A stretch of 42,563 bases of DNA, taken from assembly GCA_020434495.1 (NCBI GenBank), contig JAGRAT010000001.1, positions 1 through 42,563 of the forward strand. Reading direction: 5' to 3'. Each line of letters opens with the position of its first letter. The stretch's first letter is position 1. Below, piece after piece: positions 1 through 9,539 of the stretch. Below the pieces are notes generated by a model. The model was not told where the DNA came from, made no database searches, and saw only the letters and a list, made by a program, of their open reading frames with translations. Both the position numbers and the translations under genes were made by a program. Source of the DNA: Bdellovibrionales bacterium (lineage in GTDB: Bacteria > Bdellovibrionota_C > UBA2361 > RFPC01).

Positions 1-219
1 GTTCTCTTTGTTCGCTCAAAAACTTCAATCGAGTTTCTCTTGCTCATCGCTGGACTTGCAGCATTCCTTGGTAAGCGTGAACTTTGGCACGCAACGAGTT
101 TTCAAGAACTTCGAGTCTTAAGTGAGTGTATCTGGGTGCTTATCTTACCAACTCTTTGTGTCCTATTCCCTAAGCTTTATGGCTTGGATAGTGATAACTC
201 CCCCGAACAGCTTGAATAA
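1..219 (+). CDS. 3' end of a membrane-protein gene entering from upstream of the window (partial; absent from the supplied ORF track)
   Basis: Frame +1 is open from base 1 to TAA at 217-219. The translation ...SIEFLLLIAGLAAFLGK...CIWVLILPTLCVLFPKLYGLDSDNSPEQLE shows two hydrophobic helices. It sits at the head of a polysaccharide locus, but the family cannot be identified from 72 aa. Confidence 0.4.
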   Translation, partial: VLFVRSKTSIEFLLLIAGLAAFLGKRELWHATSFQELRVLSECIWVLILPTLCVLFPKLYGLDSDNSPEQLE

Positions 220-262
220 TACTGCCCACCAGGTACACTTCCCACCTCAATAGGAATCCGCT

Positions 263-1156
263 GTGAATATTCTTTTAACTGGAGGAACAGGTTACTTGGG
301 GAGCATGCTCTGTGAGCGCTTGGTCGCGCTTGGGCATGGGGTAACCGCATTGGTTCGGCAGGCGGCTAGTTCGTCCTCTCTTGTAACGCTAAGGGAGTCC
401 GCTGGTGAACGCTTAGAGCTCGTAGAGCTTGATTCAGCAGATCTTGAAAACGAGCTCGGAACAAAGAGCTTTGATCTTTGCATTCATGGGGCAACTCGGT
501 ATGGACGTCCACCAGAGACGGAGGAGGATGTTCGGGAGACGAACTTTGAGTTTGCGAAGAGGGTTTATCAAATGTCCGCAAGGATAGGGATTAAGAGCTT
601 TGTGAATCTTGATACTCCTATTCCTCCAGAAGTCAGCGCCTACGCTCGATACAAGCGAGACTTTCGAACGTTTTTGCGGGCTGACGAGGCTATTCCCCAA
701 AGGATAAATATTGTTCTTCAGTATATTTACGGGGAGTCCGAGCCACAGGGACGCCTTGTGCGTTCCTTGGTTGAAGTATCGTATGAGCAGAACGGAGCTT
801 TTCCGATGTCTCCGGGAGAACAGAGAAGAGATTTCATTCATATTGATGATGTCGTAGCGGCGTTCGAATCTCTTGTTTCAAGTTTGAGCGAGCTCCCGAA
901 TGGATTCACCCAACTCGATCTTGGAACCGGTTCGGCAGTATCTCTTCGAGAGCTTGTTGCGTTGATTCAGAACCTTAACCCGAAAAGCTCGGCCGATTTT
1001 CAGTTTGGTGCGTTGCCGTACCGAAGCGGTGAGCCGATGGAGGTCAAGGCGGATAATGCATATTTGAAGACAGTTTTCGGGTGGGCTCCAAGGGTAAGCC
1101 TCGAGGAAGGAATAGCGCGTGTCGTAAATGTCGTTCGAGAAGGAAAGGGAGTGTAG
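263..1156 (+). CDS. NAD(P)-dependent SDR sugar reductase, CDP-paratose/abequose synthase-like (RfbS/RfbJ-like)
   Basis: GTG start with AGGAA 6 nt upstream. N-terminal Rossmann motif MNILLTGGTGYLGS. Catalytic-type SAYARYK (S..Y...K) and GEQRRDFIHIDDV. Size (~297 aa) and position directly upstream of rfbE match the rfbS-rfbE arrangement. Confidence 0.7.
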   Translation: MNILLTGGTGYLGSMLCERLVALGHGVTALVRQAASSSSLVTLRESAGERLELVELDSADLENELGTKSFDLCIHGATRYGRPPETEEDVRETNFEFAKRVYQMSARIGIKSFVNLDTPIPPEVSAYARYKRDFRTFLRADEAIPQRINIVLQYIYGESEPQGRLVRSLVEVSYEQNGAFPMSPGEQRRDFIHIDDVVAAFESLVSSLSELPNGFTQLDLGTGSAVSLRELVALIQNLNPKSSADFQFGALPYRSGEPMEVKADNAYLKTVFGWAPRVSLEEGIARVVNVVREGKGV

Positions 1157-1158
1157 CG

Positions 1159-2184
1159 ATGAGATTTTTAATAACTGGCGGTTGTGGATTTTTAGGCTCG
1201 AATCTCTCGGCTGAGGTGCTTAACCGCGGGGATGAGCTTTTTGTAGTTGATAACTTATATCGAACCGGAAGCCGCGATAACCTCGCGTGGCTCAAGAGTT
1301 TGGGAGAGTTCAGCTTTCACGAGCTGGATACGCGGGACCGTGACTCTCTCGCGAAAGTTGTGGCAGAAGTGAAGCCCGAAGCGATTTTTCATCTTGCTGG
1401 GCAAGTTGCAATGACCACTTCGATCGAGAATCCTCGCTTTGATTTCGAGACCAACGTTGTCGGTGGTTTTAATGTTCTAGAAGCTGTTCGCGAACATTCT
1501 CCGAATTCAGTAGTGTTTTATTCGAGTACGAATAAAGTATACGGGGATTTGGAGCATATTCCTGTCGAAGAGAAGGACTCCCGTTACATTACTCCCGATT
1601 ATCCTCAGGGATTCAAAGAAAATATTCCACTTGATTTCCGATCTCCGTATGGGTGTTCCAAAGGTAGCGTTGATCAGTACATGCTTGATTATTACCGCAT
1701 CTTTGACATTCAAACTGTTGTTTTTCGGCATTCATCTATTTTCGGCGGACGACAGTTTCCTACTATCGATCAAGGATGGATCGGCTGGTTTATCCAACAG
1801 GCATTGGAAACAAGGAAAGTTCCTGCTCGAGCTCCCTTCACTATCTGTGGAAATGGGAAGCAGGTGCGGGATGTGCTTTTCGCGGAAGACCTTTTGCGTT
1901 GTTACTTTGGGGCTTTCGATAAGGTGTCGGAGTGTGCCGGACAGGCCTTCAACATCGGTGGAGGAATAGAGAACAGTTTGTCTCTCCTTGAGCTCTTCCG
2001 ATTCCTCGAAGAGGAACTCCAAGTAAAAATGAACTTTCAGCAGCTACCGTGGCGCGCCAGTGATCAGCGCGTTTTTGTTGCAGATGTTTCAAAGGCTCGC
2101 GAGGTATTTTCTTGGGAGCCGCAGATAGATAAAGTCGAAGGAATGCAACAGATGATTTCTTGGCTTTCAGGGGTTGGACAGTAA
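1159..2184 (+). CDS. rfbE: CDP-paratose 2-epimerase (CDP-tyvelose epimerase)
   Basis: True start is ATG 1159 (MRFLITGGCGFLGSN), 2 nt after the upstream stop; the ORF-track start at 1081 is an extension overlapping the upstream gene. Collinear with remembered Salmonella RfbE: HLAGQVAMTTSI, YSSTNKVYGDLE, SPYGCSKG..DQYMLDY, VVFRHSS..GGRQF...DQGW.GWF, GNGKQVRDVL, SLSLLELF, SDQRVFVAD. Confidence 0.85.
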   Translation: MRFLITGGCGFLGSNLSAEVLNRGDELFVVDNLYRTGSRDNLAWLKSLGEFSFHELDTRDRDSLAKVVAEVKPEAIFHLAGQVAMTTSIENPRFDFETNVVGGFNVLEAVREHSPNSVVFYSSTNKVYGDLEHIPVEEKDSRYITPDYPQGFKENIPLDFRSPYGCSKGSVDQYMLDYYRIFDIQTVVFRHSSIFGGRQFPTIDQGWIGWFIQQALETRKVPARAPFTICGNGKQVRDVLFAEDLLRCYFGAFDKVSECAGQAFNIGGGIENSLSLLELFRFLEEELQVKMNFQQLPWRASDQRVFVADVSKAREVFSWEPQIDKVEGMQQMISWLSGVGQ

Positions 2185-2921
2185 TGGGTAATGCAGTGGA
2201 AAATTTCTCTCCGGAAGCTTCTCATGCACAAGTTGAGCTGAGTGTTGTTGTTCCCTCTTACCTTGAAGAGGAGAATCTTCGACTGCTCCTCCCGAGGATT
2301 ATAAAAACCGCTACGGAGCTCACTCCAGAGTTTGAAGTGCTTATCATCGATACTATGGAGCCTCTCGATAATACCCGCGCGGTGTGCGAGCAGTTTCCGC
2401 AGGTCCGTTATATCCAGCGTAAGCATGGAAATATGTTTGGTGATGCCGTACGGACCGGTATTGATCAATCAAGAGGGAAATACGTCATATTCATGGACGC
2501 TGATGGGTCTCACTCGCCGAGTTTCATTAAGAACTTGTACCAACACAAAGAGGAGGGCGAAGTCGTTATTGCGTCTCGTTACGTCAAGGGGGGCTACACA
2601 GAGAATAATCCTTCTCTTATTTGGATGAGCTATATCCTTAACTGTGCTTACCGGGTAGTGCTCAATTTGAAGTGTAATGACGTCTCAAACAGCTTCAAGC
2701 TTTATAGAGGGGATCAGCTGCGATCGCTCAAGCTCAAATGTTCAAATTTCGATATCGTTGAAGAGATCTTGTTTAAGCTGAATCGAAAGTACTCGATTAA
2801 GATTAAGGAGCTTCCGTTTACTTTTCGAAAGCGGATGTTTGGAGATACAAAGCGTAATCTGCCACTTTTCATCCTTACCTATGTCTGGACCCTTGCTCGA
2901 CTGCGGTTATCTATCGATTAG
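2184..2921 (+). CDS. Family 2 glycosyltransferase, polyprenyl-phosphate sugar transferase-like (Dpm1/GtrB/ArnC type)
   Basis: ATG 2184 overlaps the rfbE stop (TAATG). LSVVVPSYLEEENL, IIDT.EPLDNT, IFMDADGSH (DxD) and ASRY are typical of GT2 GT-A enzymes of ~240 aa. Hydrophobic C-terminal tail LPLFILTYVWTLARL. Confidence 0.8.
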   Translation: MGNAVENFSPEASHAQVELSVVVPSYLEEENLRLLLPRIIKTATELTPEFEVLIIDTMEPLDNTRAVCEQFPQVRYIQRKHGNMFGDAVRTGIDQSRGKYVIFMDADGSHSPSFIKNLYQHKEEGEVVIASRYVKGGYTENNPSLIWMSYILNCAYRVVLNLKCNDVSNSFKLYRGDQLRSLKLKCSNFDIVEEILFKLNRKYSIKIKELPFTFRKRMFGDTKRNLPLFILTYVWTLARLRLSID

Positions 2922-3043
2922 GCGTTGATCTGAATTTGGGATCTGAACTTGGTTGCGATGTTTGCAGGAGGCTCATTTCTGTGCCCGGCGAACAGGCCAT
3001 AACCTATTTGATTTGCTTGGGTATTCTAGAGATCCATGGTGAT

Positions 3044-3072
3044 TTGAAAACCCCTCTTTGAATCGGTAAGAT
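3044..3072 (+). promoter_or_regulatory. Putative sigma70-type promoter for the rfbF-rfbG-rfbH unit
   Basis: TTGAAA (3044-3049), a 17-nt spacer, then TAAGAT (3067-3072), about 38 nt upstream of the rfbF start. It lies in the only sizeable gap (2922-3109) of the + strand arm. Pattern match only. Confidence 0.3.
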
Positions 3073-3109
3073 TCGTCCTCCACTTTTGACCTAGGAATGA
3101 GGGAATCTC

Positions 3110-3880
3110 TTGAAAGTCGTTTTATTGGCCGGTGGCCTCGGTACCAGGATCAGTGAAGAGAGCTATCTGAAGCCGAAGCCCATGATTGAGATCGGTGGAA
3201 AGCCGATTCTTTGGCATATCATGAAGCTCTATTCCGCTTATGGGCTTACCGAATTCATCGTTTGCGCTGGCTATAAGGGGTACGTCATTAAGGAGTACTT
3301 TGCGAACTACTTCCTGCAAAATTCAGATGTAACCTTCGACCTTGCAAATAACAGTTTTGAAGTACATCAGCGCAGTGCTGAGCCTTGGAAAGTCACAGTA
3401 GTTGATACAGGTGAAAAGACCTTTACGGGGGGGCGCATTAAGCGAGTCGCCGAGTATATCGGGGATGAAGATTTTTGCTGCACGTATGGGGATGGTCTTG
3501 GCGATATCAACATTCGCAATCTCCTACAGTTTCATAAGCAGCACGGAGGGCTCGCTACAGTTACCGCAACGCAGCCGCCGGGCCGATTCGGTGTAATGAG
3601 CTTGTCTGGTACCAAAGTACATAGCTTTCAGGAGAAGCCTGAACAGGGTGGGGGTTTGGTAAACGGGGGATTTTTCGTGCTCTCTCCAAAGACTCTGAAT
3701 TACATTGCAGGGGACGAAACGATCTGGGAACGCGAGCCTCTTGAGAATTTGGCAAAGGACGGCGCGATGTATGCTTATCATCATGAGGGGTTCTGGCAGC
3801 CCATGGATACGCTAAGAGATAAGATGCTTCTTGAGCAGCTTTGGAACGAAGGAAAGGCGGCGTGGAAAATTTGGGATTGA
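3110..3880 (+). CDS. rfbF: Glucose-1-phosphate cytidylyltransferase
   Basis: TTG start. [85 protein letters not shown] and [12 protein letters not shown] are near-collinear with enterobacterial RfbF/DdhA. Confidence 0.92.
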   Translation: MKVVLLAGGLGTRISEESYLKPKPMIEIGGKPILWHIMKLYSAYGLTEFIVCAGYKGYVIKEYFANYFLQNSDVTFDLANNSFEVHQRSAEPWKVTVVDTGEKTFTGGRIKRVAEYIGDEDFCCTYGDGLGDINIRNLLQFHKQHGGLATVTATQPPGRFGVMSLSGTKVHSFQEKPEQGGGLVNGGFFVLSPKTLNYIAGDETIWEREPLENLAKDGAMYAYHHEGFWQPMDTLRDKMLLEQLWNEGKAAWKIWD

Positions 3881-4995
3881 TACCTGGGTTTTGGAAGGGG
3901 AGAAAGGTTCTCCTTACTGGTCATACTGGCTTTAAGGGATCGTGGATGAGCCTTTGGCTTTCGCGACTTGGGGCGGAAGTAACTGGATATGCTCTTCCTC
4001 CAGAAACCTCTCCAAACATGTTTGGTCTCGTGGAGATTGAGAAAGATCTCAACTCCGTCATCGGAGACATTCGAGACTACTCCTCAATTGAGTCGGCTGT
4101 TCTTCATTCTCAGCCGGAGATAATTATTCATATGGCCGCGCAGCCGCTCGTGCGACGGAGTTACCGAGAGCCCCTGGAAACCCTCGACACCAATATCATG
4201 GGCACGGCGAATCTTTTGCAAGCTGCGCGGGGAGCCAAAGGGTTACGAGCTGTCCTCGTTGTGACGAGTGATAAATGTTACGACAACAAGGAGCGAGAGC
4301 AGGGATACAGAGAGGATGAGCCAATGGGAGGGCACGATCCGTATTCTGTGAGTAAAGGGTGTACGGAGCTTGTTACTGCCGCTTTTCGAGATTCTTTTTT
4401 CCCTCCAAGTAGGTTTGAAGAACATGGAGTCGTCATTGCTTCGGCTCGCGCCGGAAATGTGTTTGGAGGTGGTGACTGGTCTGAGGATAGGCTCATTCCG
4501 GATATCGTCCGGGCAATAGAGAAAAAGGAGAGCGTGGAAATTCGCCATCCCGAGGCCGTTCGTCCTTGGCAGTTTGTCCTTGAGCCGCTCTATGGATACC
4601 TTCTTCTCGCGCAGGCGATGGTGAAAAGAGGACCGAGCTTTGGAGAGGGTTGGAATTTTGGTCCCGATCGAGAAGATGAGGTTGCCGTTCGTACTGTGCT
4701 TTCTGAGCTCAAGGGGATCTTTGGATCGGAGTTCAACTGGAAATCCGATGAGAAGGAAACTCCTCATGAAGCCGGGGTGCTTCGGCTGAACACTACGAAA
4801 TCAAGAAACCAACTCGAGTGGTCTCCGCGGTGGAATCTCAAGAAGGGATTAGAAGAGACTGCGCGTTGGTATAAGGCAGTGCTCGCTAACCCCCATGCTG
4901 CGAGGTCGTTGTCCCTTGAATTGCTTGAGAAATATGTGATTGACGGAAATCGCGGAGAGAATGATTATTCCCGACCACTTGCAGTAGGTGTCTAA
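3862..4995 (+). CDS. rfbG: CDP-glucose 4,6-dehydratase
   Basis: [91 protein letters not shown]. The start is uncertain: GTG 3862 (AGGAAAGG upstream) or TTG 3877 (overlapping the rfbF stop). The ORF track begins at 3841. Confidence 0.9.
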   Translation: MENLGLIPGFWKGRKVLLTGHTGFKGSWMSLWLSRLGAEVTGYALPPETSPNMFGLVEIEKDLNSVIGDIRDYSSIESAVLHSQPEIIIHMAAQPLVRRSYREPLETLDTNIMGTANLLQAARGAKGLRAVLVVTSDKCYDNKEREQGYREDEPMGGHDPYSVSKGCTELVTAAFRDSFFPPSRFEEHGVVIASARAGNVFGGGDWSEDRLIPDIVRAIEKKESVEIRHPEAVRPWQFVLEPLYGYLLLAQAMVKRGPSFGEGWNFGPDREDEVAVRTVLSELKGIFGSEFNWKSDEKETPHEAGVLRLNTTKSRNQLEWSPRWNLKKGLEETARWYKAVLANPHAARSLSLELLEKYVIDGNRGENDYSRPLAVGV

Positions 4996-5000
4996 ATTCC

Positions 5001-6374
5001 ATGGCAGAGAAGGAAGAAAAATTACGTCGACAGATTCTCGATCTGGTGAAGGACTACTATCGAGAAGTACATAAACCAGCCGGAGAAGTCCCGTTTGTGC
5101 CGGGCGAATCCTTTCTTGGATATGCCGGAAGAATATTTGATGAAGTCGATATGCAGATGCTTGTCGATTCGTCCCTTGATTTTTATCTGACCGCGGGCCG
5201 ATTTGCGAAGCAGTTCGAGAGGGCGTTTGCGAAAAAGCTTGGAGTAAAGCATTCGCTTTTAGTGAACTCTGGCTCGTCTGCAAATTTGGTAGCATTTAAC
5301 GCGCTTACTTCCCCCTTAGTCGGTGAGAGGCGTGTGCGTCCTGGCGATGAAGTCATCTGTGTCGCCGCAAGTTTCCCAACAACGGTAAATCCGGCGATTC
5401 AGTACGGGGCCATCCCGGTTTTTCTTGATGTTACGGTGGAGGATGGCACATACAATCTTGATGTCTCTCAGCTGGAGGAAGCGCTCAGCCCGAGGACGAG
5501 AGCGGTCATGGTCGCTCATACGCTTGGAAATCCATTTAACCTCGGTGCGGTTTTAGAGTTCTGCCAAAAGAATGATCTTTGGCTAGTTGAGGATAACTGC
5601 GATGCGCTCGGTTCTCTCTATGATGGCCAGCTGACAGGAACGTTTGGCGATATCGGCACCTCGAGTTTTTATCCCGCTCACCATATTACGATGGGTGAGG
5701 GGGGCGCGGTGTATATGAGGAAGGGCATGCTCAAGCGAGCAGCCGAGTCTATCCGCGACTGGGGACGTGATTGTTGGTGTGAGTCGGGGAAAGATAACAC
5801 CTGTGGTAAACGTTTTTGCTGGCAGCTCGGAGAGCTTCCTGATGGATATGACCACAAGTACACCTATAGCCACTTTGGCTATAATCTCAAAGTTTCGGAT
5901 ATGCAGGCAGCGGTTGGATGTTCGCAGCTTGAAAAGCTCGATAGCTTTACCGAAATTCGAAGGCGAAATTGGCAACTGTTGAGAGATGGGCTCGCAGACC
6001 TTGAGGAGCTTTTTATCCTCCCTAACGCAACACCGAGATCTGAGCCGAGTTGGTTTGGCTTCCTCCTGAGTGTACGAGATGGAGTCGGTTTTGCTCGGAA
6101 TGAGATCACGAGCTTTCTTGAGGAGCGAAAGATTCAGACGAGAAACTTATTTGCTGGAAACTTACTTCGTCAGCCGGTGTTTGATGAGATGCGAGCAACC
6201 GGAACGGGGTATCGAGTGATAGGGGATCTGAGGAATTCTGATTTCATAATGACGAACTCGTTCTGGCTTGGTGTATACCCTGGTCTGAGTGAGGAGAAGA
6301 TTGAGTACATGGTGCAGTCGGTAAGAGACTTCGTCGATTCCTCCATTCGGGCACCAAAGACTGCTTGCCTCTAG
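5001..6374 (+). CDS. rfbH: CDP-6-deoxy-L-threo-D-glycero-4-hexulose-3-dehydrase (E1; RfbH/DdhC/AscC), PMP- and [2Fe-2S]-dependent
   Basis: DegT/DnrJ/EryC1 fold. [14 protein letters not shown] carries His where aminotransferases have the Schiff-base Lys. Cys spacing counted in the translation is C-X57-C-X1-C-X7-C (NCDALG...[13 protein letters not shown]), which is the iron-sulfur motif I recall for Yersinia E1. Confidence 0.92.
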   Translation: MAEKEEKLRRQILDLVKDYYREVHKPAGEVPFVPGESFLGYAGRIFDEVDMQMLVDSSLDFYLTAGRFAKQFERAFAKKLGVKHSLLVNSGSSANLVAFNALTSPLVGERRVRPGDEVICVAASFPTTVNPAIQYGAIPVFLDVTVEDGTYNLDVSQLEEALSPRTRAVMVAHTLGNPFNLGAVLEFCQKNDLWLVEDNCDALGSLYDGQLTGTFGDIGTSSFYPAHHITMGEGGAVYMRKGMLKRAAESIRDWGRDCWCESGKDNTCGKRFCWQLGELPDGYDHKYTYSHFGYNLKVSDMQAAVGCSQLEKLDSFTEIRRRNWQLLRDGLADLEELFILPNATPRSEPSWFGFLLSVRDGVGFARNEITSFLEERKIQTRNLFAGNLLRQPVFDEMRATGTGYRVIGDLRNSDFIMTNSFWLGVYPGLSEEKIEYMVQSVRDFVDSSIRAPKTACL

Positions 6375-6455
6375 CCCTAGATAGCTTCTAGGCGAAGATG
6401 GTTATTTGGTTCAATATTCATAATTTGGTGATTTCATTAATCTGGGGATGCCTCT

Positions 6456-8051
6456 ATGAGTGAATCGATAGACGATGGGTCTTTCCGTGGTCGGCTCTCT
6501 TTGCGAACGAACACCATCACTCTCGTGTCTTCTCTTTTCAGCGCGCCATTTCTCTTAGGGCTCATTGCTTCAGTAATCCTTGCCGTATGGTGTGCTTGGA
6601 AGATTTACCTTATGCATGCCCTCGAGTACACCTCAGACCTGCTGGTGCATGTTCAAAAGGCACGGAGTTACCTTTATGGATACCCGCTGCTTTATGACAA
6701 TTTTTACGGGCCTCACCCGTATCACAATACTTTTACTCAATTGCTTTTTGCTCCGTTTACTCATTTGTATGGAGCTATTGGACTCTTTGTCCCTACGACT
6801 CTGATTTACGCTCTTTCGATTTACTTGATCATTTCATTAGCGAGTAGGCTGGAAGTCGAACGCAGGTGGACTCTATACGTAGTATCAATAGTCCTCATTC
6901 TTGGACCTATTGGGTTTTGGATGTTCGACGATCCTGTGTATGGATGGCACCCTGAGCCCCTCGTATTTCCGCTTGGTATTTTCTTTGCTTTGAGTCTCGT
7001 TACTCGTAAGAGGGTCGTTTCGATTCTTATGGCGATGCTAGTCGCGCTTACTCATGAAGGTGGGCCGATTCTCGCGTGGTCTATCCAGACGATGTATGAG
7101 CTGATAGTGAACCGATCGAGATTTTTTAGTGCTCGGAAAGCATATCTTATGCGCCTGGGAACCATTCTTATCTTTTGGGCACTTTTGTTTGTCATTGGGG
7201 TGATCGTTCAACGGACCTGGGATCCGGCTGGCGCAGGACGATTCGATCAGGTGATAAACCTTATCCGACAGGACTATCAGGCTGTGCTCATGGGACTTCT
7301 CGTTATCCTTGGGCGTTTGGCCTTGTTGCTCACCGCATGTTGTTTTATCGGCTTTTTTGTGGGGCTGCAATTTAAGGAGATGTTTATCACCATACTTTGT
7401 GTGCTGCCACTAGTGGCGGTTGGTATCTTTGGGAGTCTTGCATACAGCGCGGATCTTATAGGCAATTTTCACAACATATTTTGGCCATCACGATTCGCAT
7501 TCGTATGGGGAGCGGTTATCTCAGGACTGATCATTTCAGTTTCTTCTTCGACTTCTTTCTCTCCTCAGCCGCTTCTTGGGCTGCGATTGATTCTCCTCTG
7601 TGTTGTTTCATTGCCGGCGCAGTTTTATTGGCTGAAGGAGTATAGGGATTATGACCTGTTCGAACGCTTTGAACGTCCTTTCGATGAGAAGAGTATGGCA
7701 GCGAAGTTTCGCGATGATGAACTTGCGCTCGTAGAATGTCTTGGTGATAGCATCCCGAATCGAGTTCCTATTCTGGTCACAGCAGTCTTGCGGGGAGCAT
7801 TTCATAGTCATTTTCTGATTGGAGGGAATAAGGATAATCCGTACAGATCAGAGCCTCAGATATACATCTGTGAGTTTCTTGTTCGAGACCCGTACGACCG
7901 AGAGTGCCAAGAGCAGCAATTGCATTCGATCGAAGAGCTCGGATATCGAAAGCGTGAAGTCTATGGCATTCGAGTTTCGTACACACGTGATGCGAGGAAG
8001 CTCGTAAAGGCGTGTATGCCCGGTAAAAAGCAGGGAGCTGCCCACAACTGA
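6456..8051 (+). CDS. Polytopic inner-membrane protein with a C-terminal soluble domain; possible GT-C-type glycosyltransferase
   Basis: More than 10 hydrophobic helices. The loop motif WMFDDPVYGWHPEP resembles the FDD...HP motif of the 573-aa protein at 11753-13474. About 130-aa non-hydrophobic C-terminus. No family confidently recognised. Confidence 0.7.
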   Translation: MSESIDDGSFRGRLSLRTNTITLVSSLFSAPFLLGLIASVILAVWCAWKIYLMHALEYTSDLLVHVQKARSYLYGYPLLYDNFYGPHPYHNTFTQLLFAPFTHLYGAIGLFVPTTLIYALSIYLIISLASRLEVERRWTLYVVSIVLILGPIGFWMFDDPVYGWHPEPLVFPLGIFFALSLVTRKRVVSILMAMLVALTHEGGPILAWSIQTMYELIVNRSRFFSARKAYLMRLGTILIFWALLFVIGVIVQRTWDPAGAGRFDQVINLIRQDYQAVLMGLLVILGRLALLLTACCFIGFFVGLQFKEMFITILCVLPLVAVGIFGSLAYSADLIGNFHNIFWPSRFAFVWGAVISGLIISVSSSTSFSPQPLLGLRLILLCVVSLPAQFYWLKEYRDYDLFERFERPFDEKSMAAKFRDDELALVECLGDSIPNRVPILVTAVLRGAFHSHFLIGGNKDNPYRSEPQIYICEFLVRDPYDRECQEQQLHSIEELGYRKREVYGIRVSYTRDARKLVKACMPGKKQGAAHN

Positions 8052-8060
8052 GAATGCCAT

Positions 8061-8105
8061 CCCTCTTAAGAGGGCACCTTTAAGAGGGCACCTTTAAGAG
8101 GGCAT
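8061..8105. repeat. Palindrome CCCTCTTAAGAGGG followed by about 2.5 tandem copies of a 14-bp unit (CACCTTTAAGAGGG); probable bidirectional terminator region
   Basis: Read directly: ccctcttaagagggcacctttaagagggcacctttaagagggcat. It lies between convergent genes (stops at 8049-8051 and 8094-8096). The last repeat copy supplies the final codons and the TAA stop of the minus-strand gene. Confidence 0.6.
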
Positions 8106-9539
8106 TGACACTTTACCGAGCTTAATTCTGAACAATCCGATCAGTGTCATTTTTAGGAGCATGAGGCCGTGGCGGAAGCGGCTAATATTGGTGCTTCCGT
8201 ATGTCCTATCTCGGTATCGGATAGGAATGTCGATTATCCCAAGGCCGAGTACTGAGGCTGGGAAAAGGAGTTCGTAGTCGCCAAATGGATCAAAGTCTCC
8301 AAAATCGTCTCGCCACTTCATGCACCGTTCGTAATCGATTTTAGAGAGGAGCTTGGTGCCGCAGAGAGAATCCCCTAGTCGGTTGCCAAGGACGAAGCTT
8401 AGCGCTTTGGCGAAGAAGATATTCCCCATGAGGTTCAGTGGCCGCATGGCATTACCTTCCATCGGGTACACGAGACGACTTCCATTTATGAAGTCAGCAA
8501 GACCTCTTCTGTAAGCGCTGTAAAACCGCTCTAAGAGTTCCGGTGGCATCGTTAGGTCAGCATCGAGGATGGTGAGCAATTCCCCAGATGCCTCACGAAA
8601 TCCCAAACGGACAGCATCAACTTTTCCTTTTCCCGTCTGTTGGAAAGCTTTTAACTTGAAGCGATCCTTGTATTTCTCAACTACTCGCTTGATCTCTCCC
8701 CAAGTATCGTCGGAGGAATGTCCTTCGACATAGATTACCTCAATATCGGCACCATCAAATTTCGGCATTCTCTTTAGGGCATTCTCGATATTCCCTTTTT
8801 CATTCCGGGCTGGAATCACGATGGAAAGGGAAGGCTTTCGCTTCTCCTTTCTGACTGGTCGTAGAAATAGAATTGTGACGAGGCTCAGGTAGTTTAAGAG
8901 GGGAATTGCAGGAATGATTTTATTAATGACATCGCCGATCCCAAACAGCTTCCATGGGATGTAAACGGCTGGACGGCTCCTGACGAGATCGTAACCTGCG
9001 AGCTTCGCAATGTTTTCGAGATCTACAAAAGTGACAAAGGTGTCAGGTTCCGGACCTTTCCGAATTCCTAACTTGCTCGCAAGGGAGTAGAGGAAGCGGA
9101 AATAAGGGTTGTAGGCGACAATGCCGACTCGCGAGTGCCGGTTAAGCCCTTTTCGAATGCCAGCAAGGGTGTCCTCAATATTGTAGTCGTGGTTTATGTT
9201 TGCGTTTAAGAGTACGAGTGAGCGAAGGCCCTCTTTCTCGTTCATTTTCTCAAGCGCTTCGACCTGAGACGTCTCAAATTTCTTCTCACAGTCGAGAGCT
9301 GCCAGGAGTGCGCCGGTGTCTTCTTCTCGTCTCTTCCACTGGACTGTCACATCCATGTATCGGCTTACGTTGGAGACCTCAGAGGCGATGATGCTGTTTA
9401 CATACTGACGCCAAGCGGGGAGTCCCTTAGGTGCTGCCCCGACAACATGGAGGTAGGGCACTGCGGAGTCATTTTCACGCTTTCCTTCACTGTCTAGTTC
9501 CTGCCCTTTGAATAGCTCTTTTGCAGCTGAGTCACTCAT
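8094..9539 (-). CDS. Fusion protein: degenerate methyltransferase-like N-domain + membrane linker + family 2 glycosyltransferase
   Basis: The C-terminal half has LSIVIPARNEKGNI, VIYVEGHSSDDT, LTILDADLT (DxD) and SLCGTKLL. The N-terminal half (LVLLNANINHDYNIEDTLAGIRKGL.RHSRVGIVAYNPYFRFLYSLASKLGIRKG) resembles the post-motif-I part of proteins annotated as bifunctional class I methyltransferase/GT2. I see no GxGxG SAM motif. Confidence 0.8.
   Translation of the reverse strand: MSDSAAKELFKGQELDSEGKRENDSAVPYLHVVGAAPKGLPAWRQYVNSIIASEVSNVSRYMDVTVQWKRREEDTGALLAALDCEKKFETSQVEALEKMNEKEGLRSLVLLNANINHDYNIEDTLAGIRKGLNRHSRVGIVAYNPYFRFLYSLASKLGIRKGPEPDTFVTFVDLENIAKLAGYDLVRSRPAVYIPWKLFGIGDVINKIIPAIPLLNYLSLVTILFLRPVRKEKRKPSLSIVIPARNEKGNIENALKRMPKFDGADIEVIYVEGHSSDDTWGEIKRVVEKYKDRFKLKAFQQTGKGKVDAVRLGFREASGELLTILDADLTMPPELLERFYSAYRRGLADFINGSRLVYPMEGNAMRPLNLMGNIFFAKALSFVLGNRLGDSLCGTKLLSKIDYERCMKWRDDFGDFDPFGDYELLFPASVLGLGIIDIPIRYRDRTYGSTNISRFRHGLMLLKMTLIGLFRIKLGKVSMPS

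Noticed and set aside
1054-1065. The 12-mer TAATGCATATTT is shared between the rfbS-like coding region and the operator-like site at 29772-29783.
   Set aside because: The first copy is inside a coding region and lacks the second half-site, so it is most likely coincidence.
1081-1158. N-terminal extension of rfbE (MGSKGKPRGRNSACRKCRSRRKGSVA).
   Set aside because: It overlaps the end of the upstream gene in another frame. The homologous protein begins at MRFLITGG (ATG 1159).
4243-4767. 174-aa minus-strand ORF inside rfbG. Similar long antisense ORFs occur at 9781-10221, 17511-17960, 33350-33799, 5583-5975 and 41740-42114.
   Set aside because: Each lies wholly inside a gene that has strong family motifs on the other strand, and their translations are low-quality. 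They are shadow ORFs.
8061-8105. Possible miniature CRISPR array.
   Set aside because: The units are directly abutting 14-bp tandem copies with no spacers. This is a tandem repeat or terminator, not CRISPR.
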